In this document: positions 57,263 through 64,000 of the stretch, in pieces
How positions within the stretch are numbered: position 1 is the stretch's first letter
How the letters are laid out: the number at the start of each line of letters is the position of its first letter
Source of the DNA: Candidatus Dojkabacteria bacterium
GTDB taxonomy: Bacteria > Patescibacteriota > Dojkabacteria > B142 > JAFGMG01
Assembly (NCBI GenBank): GCA_016927655.1
Contig: JAFGMG010000001.1
Span: 34,818-98,817, forward strand
Reading direction: 5' to 3'
DNA length: 64,000 nucleotides
Translations under genes and position numbers: made by a program
Notes under the pieces: generated by a model
Told to the model about the DNA's origin: nothing
What the model saw: the letters and a program-made list of their open reading frames with translations, nothing else
Database searches by the model: none

Positions 57263-59149
57263 TTATGCTACCCAAAGGTTTTGACCAAATATACTCTTTA
57301 GATTCCACTTCTTTGTAGTGTCTACAGCCCGCTCTAAGCATATAAATCGCATGTCTTTCATGCCTTCCAGTATCTTTAGTGTTGAATTACTTATCGTGTC
57401 GTCTAGACACACTAGAGCTTCTTTCTCACCATCTGAAATCTTCCATATTTTGTTTTCTTTTATCTCTTCAATTAGTTCTTTATTGAAAGTAAGTTTGAAT
57501 CCATCTTTTAGAGCGATTTCATAAAGTAACTCTTCTTCTTCAAATTCAAACTTCATTTGAGACTTTGCTTTTTCTAAGTACTCCTCAAAAGCTTTCATAT
57601 TCTCATCTTCTGATTTCTCAGGATCAGGTGTAAATTGATTTTCAGGGAAGAAGCTAGGAGCCAATTTGAATACTTTAAATCCCAAATCGAGATTTTTACC
57701 ATCTTTGAGTAGTTTCCCTTCGTCTTCTTTCTTAATTTTTTCCGAAACTCTTTTAACTCTTTCAATACAGATATCTGATATTGTTTTATATCCTGCTTTG
57801 TACGCTTCACTCTTTTCATCTGTAAGTTCAGGAAGTTGTACTAGTATGTATTTTCTATTCCCACCATCTTCTTTATTTAGTTCCATTACTGCATGAGCAG
57901 TAGTTCCTGAGCCTGCAAAGAAGTCTAGAATTATATCGTCATTTTTACCATCAGAGGAAAGTTTTAATAGGTGCGATAATAGCTGGACTGGTTTGGTATA
58001 GTTGAAATAGTTATAGTTAAATATACTAAGAAAATCTAATGTAGCTGATTGTGTACTTCCTGCAATTGAGTGATCTAAAAATGAACGAGGTACGACCTTC
58101 TCCGCTTCACTAAGAAATTGCTTTTTTCTTGGGGATTTACTATTCCCGTCACTTCCCCAATAAAGCAAATTGTCCTCTAAATGCTTTTGATGTGTTTCTT
58201 TTGAATAGGCCCATACTGCAGTCTCACGTGGCCATATTTCCTCTCCTGTATTTGGATTTATAATAGGATAATACAAATTTGGTCTCTCATTTTTATTCTT
58301 ATTGCATGTATATGCAGCAGAATTCCAAGCACCTCGAGGATCATTATCGGGATTGGAATAATATGAGTTTTGTTTCGCTGTTCTTTCAAGTCGTTGTGGA
58401 TACCAGCTGTTTTTATCCTTTCCATAAACAAGTAAGTATTCATGATCACTGCTAAACCATTTTGAATCGTTTGCTGGAGAAACCCTTTTTTTCCAAACGA
58501 GCATAGCTACAAAATTTTCCTCTCCAAACACCTCATCCGTTATCTTTCTCAAATTATGGACTTCATTGTCATCAATACTCACGAATATAACTCCGTCATC
58601 TTTTAGAAGTTCTCTTGCTAAAACAAGCCTTGGATACATCATGTTTAGCCAATTGCTATGGTATCTACCTTGTGTTTCTGTGTTTGTATCTATCTTTACT
58701 CCATTTTCTGTAGTTCCACTCTTTTCCCAATATGCTTTTTTATCTTCTGAATAGTTATCTGAATATACAAAATCATTTCCAGTATTGTATGGAGGATCAA
58801 TATAAATACATTTAATCTTTCCTGAATATGACTTTTGTAAGAGCTTTAGAACCTCTAGATTGTCTCCTTCTATTATCATATTGTCTGTACTCTCAAACTC
58901 TATACTTCGCTCCTTGTCAGGCGTTAGATTCGCTCTGCTAGGCTTGTAGGCATTCCTTTTAGCAGATATTTTACCTGCCCAATTAAATTCATATTTACCT
59001 GTTGCAAGACTTGGATAGTTTTTACTCAAAAGTTCAAGCTCTTTGATGTCTAAAACCCCGTCTTCATTGAATAATTGAGGCATAGCACTTTGGAGTGCTT
59101 TAAGCTTTTCTTCTTGTAAATCGAGTGACTGTTTGTTGATTTTGTTCAT
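57263..59149 (-). CDS. mod: Type III restriction-modification methyltransferase (Mod). Beta-class N6-adenine / N4-cytosine MTase
   Basis: Motif IV YIDPPYNTGNDF near the N-terminus, motif I FFAGSGTTAHA near the C-terminus (beta permutation), and a central variable region. Confidence 0.75.
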   Translation of the reverse strand: MNKINKQSLDLQEEKLKALQSAMPQLFNEDGVLDIKELELLSKNYPSLATGKYEFNWAGKISAKRNAYKPSRANLTPDKERSIEFESTDNMIIEGDNLEVLKLLQKSYSGKIKCIYIDPPYNTGNDFVYSDNYSEDKKAYWEKSGTTENGVKIDTNTETQGRYHSNWLNMMYPRLVLARELLKDDGVIFVSIDDNEVHNLRKITDEVFGEENFVAMLVWKKRVSPANDSKWFSSDHEYLLVYGKDKNSWYPQRLERTAKQNSYYSNPDNDPRGAWNSAAYTCNKNKNERPNLYYPIINPNTGEEIWPRETAVWAYSKETHQKHLEDNLLYWGSDGNSKSPRKKQFLSEAEKVVPRSFLDHSIAGSTQSATLDFLSIFNYNYFNYTKPVQLLSHLLKLSSDGKNDDIILDFFAGSGTTAHAVMELNKEDGGNRKYILVQLPELTDEKSEAYKAGYKTISDICIERVKRVSEKIKKEDEGKLLKDGKNLDLGFKVFKLAPSFFPENQFTPDPEKSEDENMKAFEEYLEKAKSQMKFEFEEEELLYEIALKDGFKLTFNKELIEEIKENKIWKISDGEKEALVCLDDTISNSTLKILEGMKDMRFICLERAVDTTKKWNLKSIFGQNLWVA

Positions 59150-59151
59150 AT

Positions 59152-61818
59152 TTAGAAAATATTAAGATTAAGTTTGTTATTCGCCTTTGATTTAAAATCA
59201 GTAAAGCTTTCTACAGGTGCTAAGTACTCTTTTAGTCCAATAGCTTCAAAGTGTTTAATAGCACATTGTATTTTCATCTTCTCTGTTTCCTTTAGTTGAT
59301 TCCATTCTGTAGAACCTTTTGTTTCTATTACAAAGTAGTACTTTGTTGATTCTCCATCTTCAAGCGAGGTCTTTTCTAAAACAAGTGCAAAATCTGGATT
59401 GTATTTGCCAATTGGAGTATCGATCTCATACCATTTGGGAAGTTTTATAAATGCTTTGACCTTATTTTCATTATCAACTCCAAGTGTGAAGTCTTTCTCA
59501 ATATCTGAGTCGTAAATCACACCATCGTATAAGCCATTTTTAACTGGAACAATTTCACCGTATGTTTCGATAATTTCTTGAAAGAGCGAAGTATCGTAGC
59601 TATAGCCTAAGGTCTGATAATTCACTAGATTTACCATTTCATCTTCAAGTATGTGCTGAATCCTTTTAACTGCCTCTGCTACATAGATAATTGGATTTTT
59701 GTTAAGCATATGTTTATTATTTAACCCTTCAAATATCTGAATAACTGTATTTACACTTAGTGCAGTTTGTTCGGATATTTCATCTACAAAATCTATACTC
59801 ACAACTGATACCTTTGAAACAGCTTCATCACTTCCTACATGTCTTGAGCTTTCTGTAATGCCTACATCTTCAGATAGAGATTGAATTTTGTTAAGCTCTG
59901 AAATGATAGTTTGTTCTTGTACTACTATCTCGTTAAGTGATTCGATACATTTATCTACTAGCTCAGGTTCTCTAAATACAACAGAGTATTTAGTTTTTTG
60001 AGATATTTTCTTCCATAAGTTTTTAAAGTCATCACCTCCTAGAACTGATTTATTAAGCTTAATTTTATTGAGGTTCTTTCTGGCATCTCTTGGTTTTGGT
60101 AGAGGTGATTTAGTACCAAATTCTTCGATAAGTTCGCTTTGATAACTTTCAGCAAAAGAATAATAGCTTTGATTTGCAACAACCGTTAGTAAATTCACTT
60201 CTTGACCTTCTGAAATGTCTTCTGCATCTCTGTATCGCTTACCATCTTGCATAACTGATATTCTCAAACCTCTTCCTATCTCTTGCCTTTTCTTGATCGT
60301 ACTTTCGGATTCATTTAGTGTACAGATGTTAAACACATTCGGATTATCCCATCCAACGCCTAAAGCAGAGTGAGAGAATATAAATTCAAGTGGCTCATCA
60401 AATGAAAGCAATCTCTCTTTATCTTTCATAATAAGGTTGAATATCTCACTGTTTTTTGTCATTGAGTTCTCATTATCTGTATACTCTCCTGTTGATTTTG
60501 TCTTTGCAAAATAACCGTTATGAACTTTAGCTATATCATCAGGCTCAACTCCATATTTATTCTTGAACTCTTCTTGATAGATTTCTACAAATAACTTTCT
60601 AATAATTCCGTCTACTTCAACATAGTTAGCAACTCTATCAATGAAAAACAGTGATAAGACTTTAATGTCCTTTTCTTTATAAATTTCTTTTTTCTGGAAA
60701 TGTTTTTTAATCGTCCATCTTATTTGTTCTCTAAAAATTCCTTCTTTGTCCCACCCAATTTTATTCCCTTTAGTAAGTTCTGTTCCGTTAGAGAATCTAA
60801 CTTTTTCAGTACCATCTAGAGGATCAATCAAAATTCTACTAATTACCCAACCTCTGTATACAGGGTTCTTAGTTTTTTCTTCCAAATTATCACCATCTTT
60901 AAAATACATAGATTTAGTCCGAAGTTGATTTCCAAAGCTCACATTTAGCTTGGCCTCAGGCGGTTTTCCAGTATTTGAAGTTCGGAGTCCTTCGAACATA
61001 ATCTGTACATTACTCTGCATATTACTCTCATGAATTGAGAATACTTCTATCTTTTTAACCAAACCTTGATTATATGCATCATAAGGTGTTAATCGATAAA
61101 CCAGGTTAATTTGCTTTTTGTGTGTAGCAGAGTATCTTAATTTGAATAGAGGATTGAGTCCTGCAAATCTTTTCTTCATATTAGCTGAATCCATGCCCTC
61201 TTGTGGCTCATCCATTATGATAATAGGATTTGTTTGCTTGATTAGGTCAATGAGTTTAACTCCTTGGTTTGAATCTCTTTCTTGATTGATAATCCTGTCA
61301 TCCGTATTGAATGCTTGTACATTAGTAACCATGATTTGAAGTGTATTTCCAGTTGCAAAGTTTCTAACTCTTACAGGCTTTTTACTGTCGTATTCAAAGT
61401 AGTCTGCTTTTGTGTTGTAGAGCTGTTTAAAGTGTTGTTCTGTCATTTTAAGTGTTTTTATAACACCCTCTTTGACAGGAATACTTGGGACAACAATAAT
61501 AAACTTGTTTAATCCATATTCTTTGTGAAGCTCTAGAATTGTCCTTAGATAAACATAGGTTTTACCTGTACCTGTTTCCATTTCAATTGAGAAATCTAGT
61601 GTATCTTTATCTAAAAATGTTTCTAAAATTGAATTTTCTGTAGTAATTTGATTGAAGTTTTCAAATACCTTTTCAGGAGTGATTTTTAATACATTTTTTG
61701 AGACCTCACTGAATACTCTATTTTCAGCTTTAATGTAGGGTGCTCCATCAAAGAGCTTAACTACTGAGTTAATAGCATCTATTTGGTACTGTAAGTTTGG
61801 TTCAAATTGTATTTTCAT
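59152..61818 (-). CDS. res: Type III restriction endonuclease Res subunit (SF2 helicase-like ATPase + nuclease)
   Basis: Walker A METGTGKTY, DEAH-like box IIIMDEPQ, ~890 aa. Sits immediately upstream of and co-oriented with mod. Confidence 0.7.
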   Translation of the reverse strand: MKIQFEPNLQYQIDAINSVVKLFDGAPYIKAENRVFSEVSKNVLKITPEKVFENFNQITTENSILETFLDKDTLDFSIEMETGTGKTYVYLRTILELHKEYGLNKFIIVVPSIPVKEGVIKTLKMTEQHFKQLYNTKADYFEYDSKKPVRVRNFATGNTLQIMVTNVQAFNTDDRIINQERDSNQGVKLIDLIKQTNPIIIMDEPQEGMDSANMKKRFAGLNPLFKLRYSATHKKQINLVYRLTPYDAYNQGLVKKIEVFSIHESNMQSNVQIMFEGLRTSNTGKPPEAKLNVSFGNQLRTKSMYFKDGDNLEEKTKNPVYRGWVISRILIDPLDGTEKVRFSNGTELTKGNKIGWDKEGIFREQIRWTIKKHFQKKEIYKEKDIKVLSLFFIDRVANYVEVDGIIRKLFVEIYQEEFKNKYGVEPDDIAKVHNGYFAKTKSTGEYTDNENSMTKNSEIFNLIMKDKERLLSFDEPLEFIFSHSALGVGWDNPNVFNICTLNESESTIKKRQEIGRGLRISVMQDGKRYRDAEDISEGQEVNLLTVVANQSYYSFAESYQSELIEEFGTKSPLPKPRDARKNLNKIKLNKSVLGGDDFKNLWKKISQKTKYSVVFREPELVDKCIESLNEIVVQEQTIISELNKIQSLSEDVGITESSRHVGSDEAVSKVSVVSIDFVDEISEQTALSVNTVIQIFEGLNNKHMLNKNPIIYVAEAVKRIQHILEDEMVNLVNYQTLGYSYDTSLFQEIIETYGEIVPVKNGLYDGVIYDSDIEKDFTLGVDNENKVKAFIKLPKWYEIDTPIGKYNPDFALVLEKTSLEDGESTKYYFVIETKGSTEWNQLKETEKMKIQCAIKHFEAIGLKEYLAPVESFTDFKSKANNKLNLNIF

Positions 61819-62028
61819 TTATTTCATTAAGTCATCAATTGATATGTTTAGAGCTTTGCAAAGCATAACCACCTGCAAAAAGGCAGGATTTTTTGTTTTT
61901 CCTGTTTCAATCTTTGTAATAGTGGAGTAGCTGACACCTGATATCAAGGCTAAATGCCTTTGTGTTATATGTTGAGATTCTCTTTCTTCTCGAATTTTTG
62001 TTACAACTTTTTTTATTACACTTTCCAT
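61819..62028 (-). CDS. XRE-family HTH transcriptional regulator
   Basis: HTH_3 motif ITQRHLALISGVSYSTITKIETGK. Confidence 0.75.
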   Translation of the reverse strand: MESVIKKVVTKIREERESQHITQRHLALISGVSYSTITKIETGKTKNPAFLQVVMLCKALNISIDDLMK

Positions 62029-62029
62029 A

Positions 62030-63097
62030 TTATGAAACAGTATATGGTATTTTATGTTGCTTTGTAAAATTGTTTAATCTTATTGGCTTGTAGTTTATTA
62101 ATTGTCTTTCTATCTCTGTTATCCAATTTTCAGTCTTTTTATCTATAGGAAGTTTCTTCATCAATTGGTTAAGTGAGTACCACGTCTCCCTTGAGTATCT
62201 ATATTCAATAATTTCTCTCACCCTTTTCAAACCTATCTCTTTGGTAAGTACATACATTGCAAAGATATTATTGACAGTCCTAATTCTCATTTTCGGATTA
62301 CTCATAAGAATTTCAGCATAGATTGTTTCTAAAGAAATATCCTCATATGAAAAGCTGATTAATTCTTTAGCCAGAATATCCCAATATGACTTGCATAAAT
62401 CGGTAAGGAAATAGTGGGAGGTGAGTTTTACTAATGTGTTATTATCTTTTTCTAAAGCCAATTCTCTTAAGATAACACTTTCCATTTTTAACCTAATTTC
62501 TAACCTCAAAATTTGAAAGCCATTGTTTCTCAGTAAAGTAACTAATTGTTTATTTGCTTTCTCTTTGGTTAATTCTGCAACTTTATCGTAAATAATAATT
62601 TCCCTTGATTTATTACCGATTCTCAAACTACTTCCGTTGTTGTTATAGTCTCTAATAAGACCGCTAAACCTATTACTCCAATTAGTACCTCGTAACTTAT
62701 CAATTATCATTGAGGGGAAGATATTTGATGGTAGTATTACGTTCTTACCAAAATGAACTTTAACAACCTTTGCTTTATTGAGCTCATTAAGTGGTATATA
62801 AACATCCATTTTATCAAGTGTCTTTTGTAATACTTCAAAAAGCTTTTGAATGTCATTTTGAGAAAGTTCTTCAAGATTGTTTCCGAATAGCAATTTGGGG
62901 GCTGAAAACTCAATGTATAAATATTCTTTGCTGTAACCTCTACTGCGAATTCTTAATGATGGAAAATAATCTTTGCTTTTGGTTGCCTCATGTATACGGT
63001 CATAATATCCATTACCTTTTCTTATAATACTGAATTTTGATTTATTATTGATTTTGAACTTTTTCTCATCCAACCTCAAAGTTATTGTGTCTATCAT
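62030..63097 (-). CDS. hypothetical protein, possibly a replication-initiation-like protein of a phage or plasmid
   Basis: 355 aa. The N-terminus MIDTITLRL... is reminiscent of replication initiation factor family starts. Very weak. Confidence 0.2.
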   Translation of the reverse strand: MIDTITLRLDEKKFKINNKSKFSIIRKGNGYYDRIHEATKSKDYFPSLRIRSRGYSKEYLYIEFSAPKLLFGNNLEELSQNDIQKLFEVLQKTLDKMDVYIPLNELNKAKVVKVHFGKNVILPSNIFPSMIIDKLRGTNWSNRFSGLIRDYNNNGSSLRIGNKSREIIIYDKVAELTKEKANKQLVTLLRNNGFQILRLEIRLKMESVILRELALEKDNNTLVKLTSHYFLTDLCKSYWDILAKELISFSYEDISLETIYAEILMSNPKMRIRTVNNIFAMYVLTKEIGLKRVREIIEYRYSRETWYSLNQLMKKLPIDKKTENWITEIERQLINYKPIRLNNFTKQHKIPYTVS

Positions 63098-63377
63098 TTA
63101 ATTCATTAAGTTTTCTAATTACTTCTTCCTCAATAACTTTTCCGATTTCTTTGTTGATTGGATAAAAGATGGCAATACTTCTTTCACCTCTTTGTTTAGT
63201 GGGATATACAAGGCGATATGAGCCATCTAGGCGGGTGAAAATAGCAATTGAGCTACAATAGATCCCTTCAAATAAAACGAATGTACAAAATGCGATTAAA
63301 CCATCTTTTGGCTTTACTGGAATTATCTCTATCTCTGAAATTATATTAGTTGTTCTTAACAAGTTTCTCTCTTTCAT
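63066..63377 (-). CDS. spoVG: SpoVG-family nucleic-acid-binding protein
   Basis: IAFCTFVLFEGIYCSSIAIFTRLDGSYRLVYPTKQRGERSIAIFYPINKEIGKVIEEEV parallels the SpoVG core [59 protein letters not shown]. Confidence 0.55.
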   Translation of the reverse strand: MKERNLLRTTNIISEIEIIPVKPKDGLIAFCTFVLFEGIYCSSIAIFTRLDGSYRLVYPTKQRGERSIAIFYPINKEIGKVIEEEVIRKLNELNDRHNNFEVG

Positions 63378-63566
63378 TTATCTTGATGAGGGTTTCAATA
63401 AATGTAACAAGTCTTGCACTAGCATCTGGTTTGCTTAGTACTTCTTGTAGTCTTTTCTGTTTTAGTGCGACTTGCTCGTTTTTCATAATAAGAGCTTATC
63501 GCTTGCATGAAGAATTATCCCTTTGGTAGGGATATTTGGGGTGGTTTAGTGGTGTTTAGGGGCGTT

Positions 63567-63998
63567 TTAGTATTCTAGTTTTTCAATTCCGAGTTCTAAT
63601 AAATCCCTTTGTGTAATAGGATTATTAAACTGTATATGTGTTTTTGAGATATTGAAAAACACTTTTCTTAGATTTCCTTTAAATCCGAGATTCTCGACAA
63701 TTTTATCAAAGCTTTTGCCTACTGAAATTTTACCTTGTTGCTTTATCTCATCTTTAGACCATGGTTTATTAGGGTTGTTGTATAGGAAATCAAACACTAA
63801 ATCATTTTCCTGCATAAAGTTGGGCTTTCCAATTTCATGTTCGCCATCAAGTAGGATTCGCCTATCTTTTGTTAAAGATATTTTATGAATAACTGGATTT
63901 TCATCTAAATCACCAGCAATAATCGACTTAACCAATTGATTTGTTAATCCAGCTTCAAAACGGAATAGGATTAAAGGATTGTAGTAGAGATTTAGCAT
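63567..63998 (-). CDS. hypothetical protein
   Basis: 143-aa ORF with no recognisable motifs. Confidence 0.3.
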   Translation of the reverse strand: MLNLYYNPLILFRFEAGLTNQLVKSIIAGDLDENPVIHKISLTKDRRILLDGEHEIGKPNFMQENDLVFDFLYNNPNKPWSKDEIKQQGKISVGKSFDKIVENLGFKGNLRKVFFNISKTHIQFNNPITQRDLLELGIEKLEY

Positions 63999-64000
63999 GT

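Larger units (their letters stand above)
54779..64000. mobile_element. integrated element at tRNA-His (partial; the distal end lies beyond the window). Carries a large serine recombinase, a GIY-YIG nuclease, Type III R-M, an XRE regulator, a replication-like protein and a SpoVG homologue
   Basis: The recombinase gene abuts and overlaps the tRNA-His 3' region. Every gene to the window end lies on one strand. The content is typical of a defence island or prophage. Confidence 0.55.

Noticed and set aside
1-64000. CRISPR array search
   Set aside because: I saw no series of regularly spaced short direct repeats with unique spacers. The only repeat family (4 copies at 23.3-25.5 kb) is spaced 400-1100 bp apart with genes in between.

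Overview
This 64-kb window looks like it comes from a low-GC bacterium with a CPR/Patescibacteria-like gene repertoire. Coding density is high, several ribosomal proteins carry Lys-rich extensions, uL30 is absent, and TGA is used as an ordinary stop codon. Running left to right, the main blocks are: (1) 1-20.5 kb, minus strand: a contiguous translation supercluster, fusA-tuf-rpsJ-rplC...rplO-secY-map-infA-rpmJ-rpsM-rpsK-rpsD-rpoA-rplQ followed by rplM-rpsI. A hairpin plus U-tract lies between rpsJ and rplC. (2) 20.6-22.9 kb: a promoter plus a tiny hydrophobic peptide, an FAD-dependent oxidoreductase and a HAD hydrolase. (3) 22.9-26.5 kb: an accessory cassette region next to tRNA-Glu(CUC). Four copies of a ~30-bp direct repeat partition it. 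It holds a wHTH-PRTase fusion, an HD-domain pseudogene and an AbiEii-like toxin module. (4) 26.5-34.4 kb: nusA-ylxR plus an envelope glycopolymer cluster (GT1, WecA/MraY-like transferase, LCP ligase). (5) 34.5-45 kb: two paralogous giant Cys-rich surface proteins (1117 and 924 aa) bracket sufCB(D), and the second one separates sufCBD from sufSU. (6) 45-52.6 kb: recF, trigger factor, dus, then a nucleotide-metabolism-like cluster. That cluster has a Tmk-like kinase, a Zn-ribbon protein, a divergent 531-aa ThyX-like protein lacking the RHR motif, a flavodoxin/NrdI-like protein and YraN. (7) 52.7-54.8 kb: a Cys-rich CGDG-repeat membrane protein, tRNA-Arg(UCU), a VanW-like secreted protein and tRNA-His(GUG). 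(8) 54.8 kb to the window end: an integrated element at tRNA-His. It encodes a large serine recombinase, a GIY-YIG nuclease, Type III Res and Mod, an XRE regulator, a possible replication protein and a SpoVG homologue. All calls come from reading the translations and the sequence by eye; no database searches were run.
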